From Desulfatiglandales bacterium (GTDB lineage Bacteria; Desulfobacterota; DSM-4660; Desulfatiglandales; Desulfatiglandaceae), in NCBI GenBank assembly GCA_963666345.1, contig OY762721.1:2272001-2336000 (forward strand): a DNA stretch of 64,000 nt, in the 5' to 3' direction. Below are positions 35,701-45,404 of this stretch, piece by piece. Both the position numbers and the translations under genes were made by a program. The notes under the pieces are model-generated. The model was not told the DNA's origin, searched no databases, and was given only the letters and a program-made list of their open reading frames with translations. Each line of letters opens with the position of its first letter. Position 1 is the stretch's first letter.

Positions 35701-36816
35701 ATGGGTTTAAGGATTCAAAACAATATCGCGGCACTGAACGCACACCGGAATCTTACGGTTTCAGACGCAGGAATGAGCAAGTCTCTGGAAAGGCTTTCTT
35801 CTGGCTTTCGCATCAACTCCGCCAAAGACGACGCAGCTGGGTTGGCTATCTCTCAGGGATTCCGGGCTAATATTGCAGCCACCAAAGTTGCTCAGAGAAA
35901 CGTGAGCGAGGCAAATGCCCTTTTGCAGACTGCTGAAGGCGCAATGAACACCGTAGGTGATATTCTGACAAGAATGAAGGAATTGGCAACCCAGGCATCT
36001 TCCGCCAACGCGGGAACTGATATTGCAAAAGTTTCAGCCGAATACAACACCTTGGTGCTCGAAATTGATCGTATCGCCAACGGCACCAAGTACGCAGGCA
36101 CGGCACTGGTTAATGGTAACTTCAGTTCCGGCAATACACTCAAAGCCGCGTCATCAACTTGGGACTCCGCAATAGCAAACGTGTACGATATTAATGTATC
36201 GAATGCAGCGGCGGGAGCATATACGGTCGCTTACTCGGCCACCTCAGACGCAATGACGATAACCAAGGGTGGTGTGTCGGAATCTAAGACACTTGTCGAT
36301 GGTGCTCAGACGGTTAATTTTGGAACGTTTGGTATAAGTTTCAAGACAACTGCCGCCGCCGTTGCAGACACTGTGGGTGCGGCTATGGATGATGTGCAAA
36401 CGGTTGAACTCGGAGCCAACTCCAAGGACTTCCAGATCGGTTCCGAAAATAATATCTATAATAAGATCTCTGTGAGTATTGATTCCATCACAGCCACTAC
36501 TCTGGGGGTTGCCTCGGGGGATATTGCCACGGCAACGGGCGCCCAAAGTACTCTCACAACAATTGATAGTGCGGTTAGCGCCCTGGCCACATCCCGTGGT
36601 GAAATCGGCGCCTATCAGAACCGTCTCGGTTATGCATCTTCCAACCTCTCCATTACACTGGAAAATTTTACTGCCGCGGAATCGGTTATCCGCGATGTGG
36701 ATATGGCATCTGAAATGACCTCATTTACCAAGAACCAGATCCTGCTCCAGGCCGGTACCGCCATGCTTGCACAGGCTAACATGGCCCCGCAGCAGATCTT
36801 GTCCCTGTTCGGATAA
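35701..36816 (+). CDS. fliC: flagellin
   Basis: MGLRIQNNIAALNAHRNL, SLERLSSGFRINSAKDDAAGLAIS; C-terminal AAESVIRDVDMASEM..FTKNQILLQAGTAMLAQAN. Confidence 0.98.
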   Translation: MGLRIQNNIAALNAHRNLTVSDAGMSKSLERLSSGFRINSAKDDAAGLAISQGFRANIAATKVAQRNVSEANALLQTAEGAMNTVGDILTRMKELATQASSANAGTDIAKVSAEYNTLVLEIDRIANGTKYAGTALVNGNFSSGNTLKAASSTWDSAIANVYDINVSNAAAGAYTVAYSATSDAMTITKGGVSESKTLVDGAQTVNFGTFGISFKTTAAAVADTVGAAMDDVQTVELGANSKDFQIGSENNIYNKISVSIDSITATTLGVASGDIATATGAQSTLTTIDSAVSALATSRGEIGAYQNRLGYASSNLSITLENFTAAESVIRDVDMASEMTSFTKNQILLQAGTAMLAQANMAPQQILSLFG

Positions 36817-36892
36817 TAAGGCGCTGCCTTAAGGCTTTTATCAAGGGCGGCTGCGTTGCCCGGGATCGAACAGATTTACAAATCTTAACCAT

Positions 36893-36931
36893 AAGACCCC
36901 GCTTCCGGAACCAGGGAGGCGGGGTCTTTGT
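36893..36931 (+). terminator. rho-independent terminator after fliC
   Basis: AAGACCCCGCTTCC-N8-GGAGGCGGGGTCTT followed by TGT. Confidence 0.8.
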
Positions 36932-36948
36932 GCTTCAGCCCTATTGAT

Positions 36949-36964
36949 TGGCAGACATCTTGCT
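36949..36964 (+). promoter_or_regulatory. sigma54 promoter upstream of fliD
   Basis: TGGCAG-ACATC-TTGCT. Confidence 0.7.
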
Positions 36965-36990
36965 ATATGCATCAGCAGGCATGAAAACTC

Positions 36991-37018
36991 TCAAGGTTTG
37001 GGTCACCTTTTCCGATAA
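36991..37018 (+). promoter_or_regulatory. sigma28 promoter upstream of fliD
   Basis: TCAA-N16-TCCGATAA. Confidence 0.6.
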
Positions 37019-37126
37019 TTAATATTAAACAGGAAAAATTTTCCACCTTTTTGTGATCGGGTTCTTTTCGGAAACCTGATTGATAAAGGACCTTGTGCAT
37101 CAAATCCTATTTTTGTGAGGTGCAGT

Positions 37127-40100
37127 ATGTCGTTAAGCACGAACCTGATTTCAGGCCTTTCGAGCGGTTTTGACTGGCGCGGTATGATTGACCAGTTGAT
37201 GGCGATCGAACACCAACGGGTTGATCTGGTTGAGGATAAAAAAAGCGAATATGAGGAAGAGCTCTCAGCGTGGCAGTCCTTTAATACTAAACTATTGGCG
37301 CTGAAGACCGCTGCGGAGGGGTTAAAAGACCAGGAAGACTTTTATCTCTATACATCGAGCATGACCTCAAGCGACAGCTCCCTGGATGCCTCCGATCTCA
37401 TCTCTGTTTCAACTACTTCTGATGCCTCGCCCGGTTCATATACCATCCAGGTAACCCAAACGGCCACTGCGGAAAAACTTTCATCCAAGTCCTTCTCAAA
37501 CATCTCTGAATCGCTTGGCGGTTCATACGCGGGTGATATTCTAATAAACGGAAATGTTATCACCATAAGTGATTCAGATGACCTGGTCGATATGCGCGAT
37601 AAGATAAACAATGCCAACAGCGGCGCGGATGAAAGCGGTGTGACGGCCTCAATAATCAATTATGGTACAAGCGGGTACAGGCTCATTCTTTCCAGCGACG
37701 ATACAGGAGCAGAGGGAATAAGCCTCCTGAATGGAGGGGCGGCAGACCTGCTGGGCAATATGGGCTTTGTAGATAGTGCCGCCAAGACCGCCAAGACCGC
37801 TATAAACGGGGGGCACAAAAGCGATGCGTTTTCAGGAACCGCCACTGCGATTGGTAGTTCCGGCCTTTTGAATCTGTCTGACGGCCAGGAAGGCACTGTG
37901 ACATTGAATATCATCGTAGGTGGAATCGTCTATTCAGCCGATGTCTCAATTGATCTTTCCTCCAGTGGAGATTCTCTCAACGATATTTCTACAAAGATCA
38001 ATTCCGCCTTTGCGGCCCTGGGTTCGCCCCCTCCTTCCGACCCCGCTTCGGTCATAAGCGAGACAGAGGATGGGGAGACCATGTATCGGCTGCTTATCGA
38101 AGGAGAATCAATCAGTTACACGGATTCCAACAATGTCCTGGAGACTTTGGGCGTTCTGGAGCGGGCCGGCGTATCGGAGGAAAAGGGCGTAACAGGCGAT
38201 GTGGCCAACACATCGGACGGAGCCCCCATCACCTCTTCTACCTTGATTAAGGATATAGACGGTTATCTTGATTATGCGAGCGGAGATAAAATAAGGCTGA
38301 CAGGCACAGGTACCGGGGGCGCGACTGTTGATACGTCACTGGACCTTGACGACACCACCACGGTTGCTCAACTTCTAACGGCAATCGAGGGCGCATACGG
38401 CAATGTAACGGCCTCTGTCACCGCTGAAGGCAAGATCCAGGTCGTAGACAATGAAATAGGAGATGCCGATCTTGTGGTTAGAGTTAACGTCAGAAACGCG
38501 GGTGATACTTCTGAGCGTGACCTCAGCTTTGACACAAATGAAAACGGTTTTGAAAATGGAGGTGATCCATCGAAGATCAGATCCCGCCGGCTCCAGGCGG
38601 GCTCTGATGCCCAGATCACAGTGGATGGCGTTACTGTAACAAGCAGCGACAATACCGTGGAGGATGTCCTTTCAGGCGTGACGCTCAATTTGTTGAACCA
38701 TGCTGCTTCGGAACCGACTATTACGCTTAGTATCGATAGGGATATCGATGCCATTATGGAAAATATCAGTGATTTCGTGGATAAATACAATGAAGTGGCG
38801 GCCTACATTTCACAGCAGCAGACCTATGACGAGGAGAGTGAGACGATCGGCGGAATCCTTTTTGGCAACGGCACGCTTTCCTCGGTGAAATCGGATCTGA
38901 CATCCATCCTGATAGATGCCGTATCGGGTGTGTCAAGCGAGTTTTCAATACTGGGTCTGGTGGGAATAAATCTGGACAACGACGGCCAGCTGGAGATAGA
39001 TGCCGATACCCTTAAGGGTTACCTGGAAACCAACTTTAATGATATCAACAACCTGTTCACCTCAAACGGGGGCACAAGCGGCGGCGAGCTGGTCTATGTC
39101 GATCATTCCCGAGATACCCAGCCTGGTACATATGCGGTCCACATAACCAATTCCGCCGTACAGAGTAACGCTGTGAGCGTTGACGGCGGAGTTGCAGCCG
39201 ACGAGACTCTTACTATAACCGAGGGTTATAAAACCGCTTCCATCGATTTGACAAGCGATATGACGCTTGAACAGATCGTGAGTACTATTAATGCTGATCT
39301 GGACGCCGTTTATACGGAGACCCTTGTAGGCAGTGAGTCCCTCACCACGGACGGTGCTTCGGATTACATCAGATCTTCTACCAAATGGTCCGAAATATAT
39401 GGCATGCCGGCTCTGGAAGACGAAGATGTGATCTCTTTTACCGGCACCACCCGTAACGGCGTTGCGGTAAATGGGGAATATACCGTTGACCAGGTAACCT
39501 CCGACACGGTTCAGGGACTTTTGTCGGCAATAGAAGATTCGATGTCAAACGAGGTTACCGCCTCCATTGACGACTATGGACGGATCGTTTTGATGGATAA
39601 ATATACCGGATACAGCGAACTTTCCCTTGAGATAACAGAACCTGTGGGGAAGGGTCTTGATTTCGGGGATGTGGACGTGACACAGGGGGTGGATGACGGA
39701 AGCCGGGAAGGTCGTTACGCCATGGCTATTACCGCTTCGGATGACGGCAGCGGCCATCTGGCGCTTACCCATGACAGTTACGGGTCCGGTCACGATTTTT
39801 CCGTCCTGGAAAGCAGGGATGACGGTCTCTGGAACCTGGATACTGAAATCACTGTTGAAAATGGCGAGGATGTGGCCGGTACCATAAAAGGGGAGGCTGC
39901 AACCGGAAGCGGCCAGATTCTTACAGGCGCGGAAGGGGAGAATAATGTGGACGGCCTGGTGATCAAATACACCGGTACGGCTGAAAATCAGGACATGGGC
40001 TCCGTCACGCTCACCATAGGCGTTGCCGAACTTTTTGACCGTGCACTCTATAATATTACCGATTCATATGACGGTTATGTGATCTTCAAGCAGGATTCCC

Positions 40101-40288
40101 TTCAAGAGAGGATCAATGATTTTGATGACCAGATTGAAGAGATGGAGGCACGGCTTGATTTTAAGATGGAGACGATGATCAACCGTTTTGTTGCCATGGA
40201 ATTGGCCCTTAGCGAAATGCAGAACCAGAGTGACTGGCTTGCGGGTCAGATAAGTGCCTCATACAGCGGATGGGGACCCTTACGTTAA
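37127..40288 (+). CDS. fliD: flagellar filament cap protein, unusually large (about 1050 aa)
   Basis: ISGLSSGFDWRGMIDQLMAIE N-terminus; GSYTIQVTQTATA; DAQITVDGV, SDNTVEDVLSGVTLNL, ISDFVDKYN; C-terminal RFVAME.ALS.MQ.QS.WL; precedes fliS. Confidence 0.93.
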   Translation: MSLSTNLISGLSSGFDWRGMIDQLMAIEHQRVDLVEDKKSEYEEELSAWQSFNTKLLALKTAAEGLKDQEDFYLYTSSMTSSDSSLDASDLISVSTTSDASPGSYTIQVTQTATAEKLSSKSFSNISESLGGSYAGDILINGNVITISDSDDLVDMRDKINNANSGADESGVTASIINYGTSGYRLILSSDDTGAEGISLLNGGAADLLGNMGFVDSAAKTAKTAINGGHKSDAFSGTATAIGSSGLLNLSDGQEGTVTLNIIVGGIVYSADVSIDLSSSGDSLNDISTKINSAFAALGSPPPSDPASVISETEDGETMYRLLIEGESISYTDSNNVLETLGVLERAGVSEEKGVTGDVANTSDGAPITSSTLIKDIDGYLDYASGDKIRLTGTGTGGATVDTSLDLDDTTTVAQLLTAIEGAYGNVTASVTAEGKIQVVDNEIGDADLVVRVNVRNAGDTSERDLSFDTNENGFENGGDPSKIRSRRLQAGSDAQITVDGVTVTSSDNTVEDVLSGVTLNLLNHAASEPTITLSIDRDIDAIMENISDFVDKYNEVAAYISQQQTYDEESETIGGILFGNGTLSSVKSDLTSILIDAVSGVSSEFSILGLVGINLDNDGQLEIDADTLKGYLETNFNDINNLFTSNGGTSGGELVYVDHSRDTQPGTYAVHITNSAVQSNAVSVDGGVAADETLTITEGYKTASIDLTSDMTLEQIVSTINADLDAVYTETLVGSESLTTDGASDYIRSSTKWSEIYGMPALEDEDVISFTGTTRNGVAVNGEYTVDQVTSDTVQGLLSAIEDSMSNEVTASIDDYGRIVLMDKYTGYSELSLEITEPVGKGLDFGDVDVTQGVDDGSREGRYAMAITASDDGSGHLALTHDSYGSGHDFSVLESRDDGLWNLDTEITVENGEDVAGTIKGEAATGSGQILTGAEGENNVDGLVIKYTGTAENQDMGSVTLTIGVAELFDRALYNITDSYDGYVIFKQDSLQERINDFDDQIEEMEARLDFKMETMINRFVAMELALSEMQNQSDWLAGQISASYSGWGPLR

Positions 40289-40367
40289 TTGTCGATTCGT
40301 TACGGGTATTATGTATGATCAAAAGATAAACAGGGAATGAAAGACTAAAAAGAGGAGGGCTTTTAAA

Positions 40368-40802
40368 ATGTATAGCAATGGACTCCGGTCCTACCTGGAA
40401 ACCGACGTGATTACGGCGGACCCAAAAAAATTGGTGCTGATGTGCTATGAGGGAGCGATCGAGAATCTGAAAATCGCAAAGGTCAGATATGATGAGGAAG
40501 ACTATGAGGGCAAATGCAAGGCAATCATAAAGGCTCAGGATATCATTAACGAACTGCTATGTTCACTGGACTTGGAAAAGGGAGGCTCTATAGCCGGGAA
40601 TTTGAAATCTCTTTATAGTTATATGTTAGGCGAAATACTCCATGCCGATATAAATAGAGACTTTCATGCTATTGAAGGGATTATAGGAATGCTGGAAGGG
40701 CTGAAATCCGCCTGGGAAGAGGCCTTTTACGGACGGGAAAAGACGATCAGCGCCGGAAATGAAAGATTCGACGCGATAAGGGTGATGGCACAAACAGGCT
40801 GA
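40368..40802 (+). CDS. fliS: flagellin chaperone FliS
   Basis: Y....VITADPKKLVLMCYEGAI, KAQDIINEL..SLDLEKGGSIAGNL.SLY.YM, LKSAWEE. Confidence 0.95.
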   Translation: MYSNGLRSYLETDVITADPKKLVLMCYEGAIENLKIAKVRYDEEDYEGKCKAIIKAQDIINELLCSLDLEKGGSIAGNLKSLYSYMLGEILHADINRDFHAIEGIIGMLEGLKSAWEEAFYGREKTISAGNERFDAIRVMAQTG

Positions 40803-40860
40803 AGTCAAAAGGTTCAAAGTTCAGGAGTGAGGCTTCAGGAGCCCAACCGGAGGTGAGGTT

Positions 40861-41313
40861 ATGAAACATATTGAAACCGCAGAGAGGGTTTGTCTTTTTA
40901 TGGAAAAAAAATTGACCCTTTTAAGGAGGTATTTGTCCCTTACAAAGAAGATGAAAGAGACATTAAAGGATAGGGAATCGACCGGCATAGAAAGACTTGT
41001 TATAGAACGTAAGGACTGTATCAAAAGAATTCATAAGATAAATCTATTAGTGAAAAGGCTCGGTAAGGCAGGACCTGAAAAGCTGCTTGTCGCAACGGAT
41101 AGATTGGCATGCATGATTGAAGGTTATCTCAGGGACATAAGAAATACCATGGAAGCCATCGCCTCTGTGGATCAGGAAGTGACGGTAATGGTAAGAGCGG
41201 AGAGCGAGAGCATCAAAACCCAACTCCTTAGTATGCGTAATACCCGACAGGCCGCGCAGGGTTATAAAAGGGATGGGCCGGCTTCTCCAAGATTTCTGGA
41301 TATCAAAAGGTAA
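40861..41313 (+). CDS. FliT/FlgN-like helical flagellar chaperone
   Basis: All-helical 150 aa downstream of fliS; C-terminal A.QGY.....PRFLDIKR; GGAGGTG SD. Confidence 0.55.
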   Translation: MKHIETAERVCLFMEKKLTLLRRYLSLTKKMKETLKDRESTGIERLVIERKDCIKRIHKINLLVKRLGKAGPEKLLVATDRLACMIEGYLRDIRNTMEAIASVDQEVTVMVRAESESIKTQLLSMRNTRQAAQGYKRDGPASPRFLDIKR

Positions 41314-41430
41314 CATCGCCTGAACAAGAGACAAAATTCGTGGAAATAGAAAGATGTTTAATGCCGGCGGCCTTATAAATTTTTTACTCTGAAATCCAAC
41401 CTATGGGAAATTGTCGTATTGAGATCTTCC

Positions 41431-41457
41431 TAAAGTTTTCTTCAGGGATTCCGATAT
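41431..41457 (+). promoter_or_regulatory. sigma28 promoter of flaG
   Basis: TAAAGTTT-N11-TCCGATAT. Confidence 0.75.
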
Positions 41458-41481
41458 AGAGATATAAGGAGGTGATTCAAA

Positions 41482-41832
41482 ATGTTAGCCGAATCTGTCG
41501 CTGCATCAGGAAACGAAACTGCTCAAATGGTTCAAGCAAGTCTTCCGGCAGCAAATGAAAATGCCCAAAACGGCGGGGCGGATATAAGGACGGAAAAACA
41601 GACGGATTTTTCCAACATAGCGGAAATTATAGCTGAAGTTCAAACAAGTCTTGATATTATTGGTAATTTGGATCTGCAATTTTCGATCCACGAAGGTACC
41701 GGCAAAATTATGGTGACCGTAAGAGATGAAGCCTCCGGCGAGGTAGTAAGGGAAATCCCCGCTAGAGAGATTTTGGACCTTGCGGCCAAATTAGACGCAA
41801 TGGTCGGTCTCATATTTGATCAAAACTGCTGA
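41482..41832 (+). CDS. flaG: flagellar protein FlaG
   Basis: LQFSIHEGTGKIMVTVRDEASGEVVREIPAREILDLAAKL...GLIFD. Confidence 0.9.
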   Translation: MLAESVAASGNETAQMVQASLPAANENAQNGGADIRTEKQTDFSNIAEIIAEVQTSLDIIGNLDLQFSIHEGTGKIMVTVRDEASGEVVREIPAREILDLAAKLDAMVGLIFDQNC

Positions 41833-41864
41833 AAGGCGGGTTGGCGGGGTTTGTATCCAGACAA

Positions 41865-42548
41865 ATGCGTGAAGAAGACCTGCAGATAAAAGTCCTTATC
41901 GTTGATGACGATAAGATCATAGCAGACATTTTGTTTGACCTCATTGCAGATACGCAAAGATCGGTCGATGTGTGCCATGACGGTTTGGCTGCCATTGAAT
42001 GCATACAAAAAAGATCTTATGATCTGATTATGGTTGATCTGGTTATGCCCAAGGTGGGCGGGCTGGATATATTGAGATATGTAAAAAAGGCCAATCCTGA
42101 TTCGATTGTAATTATTCTTACAGGTTATGCGTCATTAGAAACGGCGATTACGGCCATAAGAGAGGGGGCATATGATTACATCAGAAAGCCGTGTAAACTC
42201 GAAGAGATAAAAATTGTAATAGATAACGCAGTAGACAGGATTAAATTAAACAGAGAGAACAGGGAACTGTTAGCCAGATTGCAGGATGCCTACCGGGAAT
42301 TAATGGACCTGAAACATGAAAATGACGAGGAAAGCTATTCATCAGGTGATGAAAAAACGGAAAATGTGAATTTTTTCCCGTCAGGCCCGCCAAATCTCCA
42401 TTATCTTTACAATACGGATTCCCCTTCCAGCAGTTATGTGGACAAATTGCAGGCCTTGAGCGGGTTAAAGGACAAAGGCATGCTGACTGAAAATGAATTC
42501 AATGAATTCAAGAAACATCTTCTGAAAATGATCGGTCTTAATGGATGA
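41865..42548 (+). CDS. response regulator receiver with a C-terminal SHOCT-like domain
   Basis: VLIVDDD, DLIMVDLVMP, LTGYAS, AYDYIRKP; C-terminal DKLQALSGLKDKGMLTENEFNEFKKHLL. Confidence 0.8.
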   Translation: MREEDLQIKVLIVDDDKIIADILFDLIADTQRSVDVCHDGLAAIECIQKRSYDLIMVDLVMPKVGGLDILRYVKKANPDSIVIILTGYASLETAITAIREGAYDYIRKPCKLEEIKIVIDNAVDRIKLNRENRELLARLQDAYRELMDLKHENDEESYSSGDEKTENVNFFPSGPPNLHYLYNTDSPSSSYVDKLQALSGLKDKGMLTENEFNEFKKHLLKMIGLNG

Positions 42549-42563
42549 CAAGCAGGCAATTTC

Positions 42564-44072
42564 ATGAATGAAGAATTAAAGATACTTGTTGTCGATGATG
42601 AAGAGATGATTCTGACTGTCTTCAGAGAATACCTCGAAGCCACAAACTATTCCGTCATAACGGCTTCAAACGGTTTCGAGGCCCTCGAAATATTTAAAAG
42701 CCAGGAGATTGACTGCTGTTTCACGGATATTTCCATGCCGGGATTGGATGGCCTGGAGCTGACCAGGAAAATCCATATCCATGATAACACGGTTCCGGTG
42801 ATAATCATGACCGGAAATCCTTCCATGGACAACGCAATAGAAACCCTGAAAAACGGTGTAGTGGATTTTTTGACCAAACCGATAAAAATGGAGCAACTCC
42901 ATCACATTATTAAAAGAGTAATGATGGAACGGTCTCTATTTATTGACAATATATTGCTGAAAGAGGAGGCCCAGAAAAACAGGAAACTTTCGGGTATAAA
43001 TCAAGAGTTACAGCAGAAGATAAACGAAGTTGAATGCATGAACCTGATCCTCCAGCAATTGGACCGGGCAAAAACCAGTAAAGATCTTTTCAACACCTTG
43101 GTAGATTTGTCCGGGAAAGTAACTAGTTGTGATGAAGCGCATTTTTGCATTTTTACTCAGGAAATGACAAATCCGGAGACGATTACCTCTTTTGTCAGGA
43201 ACAAAGACAGGGCCATAGGGGCTGCAGGCTTTATAGAAAAGGATATAATCAAAAGGGTCGCGGATGACGGATTGCCTTTCCTTATAAAAAAAAGGCATGG
43301 AAACGGCAATATCATGGCCGTACCTCTTAAAATAAGGTCCAATGTATTTGGAGTTCTTTTTTTACTTATCAGAGAAGACAGGGAATGTTTCAGTGAAAAA
43401 GATCTTTATTTTTCAAGTTTTCTGGCGCAGCAGGCCTCCTTTTTGATAGAAAATCTGGCCCTTTATGAGAATATATATGAAAATCTTTTTTCTACACTCT
43501 ATGCATTTGTAGAAACCATAGAGGCGAGAGATCCATACACCAAACAGCATTCAACAAGGGTATCAAGCTACGCCGTATCAGTTGCAAGGGCTATGGGCTG
43601 TTCGCAAGAGGAGGTCGACGAGTTGAACGTTTCCGGTAACCTGCATGATATCGGCAAGATAGGTATCCCTGACGATATTCTCTTAAAACCGGGTCGACTT
43701 ACGGATGAAGAGTATGAGGTTATAAAGAGGCATCCGGTAATTGGAAGTAATATTATAGGGCATTTCAGCATGTGGTCATTTGAAGAAAAGATAATCAGGT
43801 GCCACCATGAAAGATGGGATGGAAAAGGATACCCCGGCAATCTGAGAGGGGCGGAAATCCCCTTGCTTGCCCGTATCCTTTCAGTGTCCGATGCCTATGA
43901 TGCCTTGACTACCGACCGTTCTTACAGAAAAAAAATGCCGGAAAACGTCGCATTAAAGATTATTTCGGAAAATGCAGGAAGCCAGTTCGATCCTGAAATT
44001 GTGGATGTCTTTCTCAGACTTCAAGGCCAGGGAAAGATCATAGCGAATCATGAAGTATTTTTTCAGGAATAA
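42564..44072 (+). CDS. REC-GAF-HD-GYP c-di-GMP phosphodiesterase
   Basis: Receiver (ILVVDDE, TDISMP); GAF-like middle; EARDPYTKQHS, LHDIGKIG, HHERWDGKGYP. Confidence 0.92.
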   Translation: MNEELKILVVDDEEMILTVFREYLEATNYSVITASNGFEALEIFKSQEIDCCFTDISMPGLDGLELTRKIHIHDNTVPVIIMTGNPSMDNAIETLKNGVVDFLTKPIKMEQLHHIIKRVMMERSLFIDNILLKEEAQKNRKLSGINQELQQKINEVECMNLILQQLDRAKTSKDLFNTLVDLSGKVTSCDEAHFCIFTQEMTNPETITSFVRNKDRAIGAAGFIEKDIIKRVADDGLPFLIKKRHGNGNIMAVPLKIRSNVFGVLFLLIREDRECFSEKDLYFSSFLAQQASFLIENLALYENIYENLFSTLYAFVETIEARDPYTKQHSTRVSSYAVSVARAMGCSQEEVDELNVSGNLHDIGKIGIPDDILLKPGRLTDEEYEVIKRHPVIGSNIIGHFSMWSFEEKIIRCHHERWDGKGYPGNLRGAEIPLLARILSVSDAYDALTTDRSYRKKMPENVALKIISENAGSQFDPEIVDVFLRLQGQGKIIANHEVFFQE

Positions 44073-45384
44073 GATCCACGAGAATGGGAAACTGAGATGT
44101 GGTAAGCCCCAGTGTCTGCAGCCGGGAAGGAAGGTTATCCATGTTAAGACCTTTTATTTCCTGCCCTGTCTGGAATCCGGCCATGAGCAAATCGGCAAGA
44201 TATACCAGGTGTGCCAGTTCATGGGCTTTTGTGGCTGATTCCGGATTATGATGATGTCTGATGGAGTCTGATAAATTTTCCGGTAATAACCAGTTTTCAG
44301 CCAGCAGCCCTCCGGCCTCCTGGTGAGTGATGCCGAGCTTTTCCTTTTCCGCCTTACAAATATCAACCCTGTCTATCTGGGTTCGTCTGTAAAAAAAGGG
44401 AAACGCCTTTGAAATATATTGGTCCAGGACGACCTTTCCTATGTCGTGCAGCAACCCCGCAGTGTAAGCTACTTCGGGAGGCGCCTTCCCGGTATATCTG
44501 GCCAGTTTTTCGCAAACCGTCGCAGTCCCCATGGCGTGTTTAAAAAGCCCTCCTTTACAAAGAGAATAACCTTGTAACGTATCAAAGAAATAGAGTTCGA
44601 TTGAAACCGAAAGAACCATTTGAAGAAGTAGCTTTTCACCCAAAACGATTAGCGCCCTGTCAATAGAGTCAATTCTTTTTCTAAGACCCATAAAGGATGA
44701 ATTACTCATCGTGATGATCCTGGCACTTATGACTTGATCCTGTTTTATCTCCGATGCAACCTGATCTATCTCGTAATCACCTTCATCCATCATCCGTGCA
44801 ATCTTAAGGGCTACCTGCGGAATGGGCCGGACAAGACGGATCGAATCGGCAATTTCACCAATGCCCGGTTTTCTGAACTCTTCTTCAGAAGGGAAAGGTT
44901 GATCAATCATGGGAAGGATAGAGCTTTCGAATGTGTCCAGATTTAAACCGAGCCGGCAACAGAAACATCCGCCGGTTTCGGATTGCACGACTGCTATCCC
45001 CTCTTCCTTCAGGATGGCATGAACAATCTCGGCTGTTCTGCCTCCGATATCAAGATCAAGGTCCAGACTTTTCACCGGACCTACCAATGCACCTCCCGCA
45101 ATGCAGGCCTCCATTCGTTTTCTACGGGCACCGTCCTCACAGAGGGCTTTGATGAAAAGGGGCATGCCGGTTGTTGCATAAGCAACCGGGTTCACCGGCT
45201 TGCTCAGTCCTGTCGGCTCCGGAAGAAGCAGGTGAATCAATCCACCAACCCCGGCTTCCTTGTCACGAAGAGCCACCCCGACGCAGGTTGCCAGATGGGC
45301 CTCTAATCTCTCTTTCCTTTTCCTGCCTGTGACATAATTGCCGGACCAAACATGTCTTATTTGTGGTGCTGTTTCAGTTTTCAT
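44038..45384 (-). CDS. CheD-HDOD fusion protein
   Basis: N-terminal LATCVGVAL.D....VGGLIHLLLP, IAGGA, ETGG; C-terminal PIPQVALKI, QDQVISARII...NS, YTAGLLHDIGK, NW.LP......IRHHH. Confidence 0.88.
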   Translation of the reverse strand: MKTETAPQIRHVWSGNYVTGRKRKERLEAHLATCVGVALRDKEAGVGGLIHLLLPEPTGLSKPVNPVAYATTGMPLFIKALCEDGARRKRMEACIAGGALVGPVKSLDLDLDIGGRTAEIVHAILKEEGIAVVQSETGGCFCCRLGLNLDTFESSILPMIDQPFPSEEEFRKPGIGEIADSIRLVRPIPQVALKIARMMDEGDYEIDQVASEIKQDQVISARIITMSNSSFMGLRKRIDSIDRALIVLGEKLLLQMVLSVSIELYFFDTLQGYSLCKGGLFKHAMGTATVCEKLARYTGKAPPEVAYTAGLLHDIGKVVLDQYISKAFPFFYRRTQIDRVDICKAEKEKLGITHQEAGGLLAENWLLPENLSDSIRHHHNPESATKAHELAHLVYLADLLMAGFQTGQEIKGLNMDNLPSRLQTLGLTTSQFPILVDLIPEKILHDSL

Positions 45385-45404
45385 GCCGAATTATCCGTAC
45401 TCTT

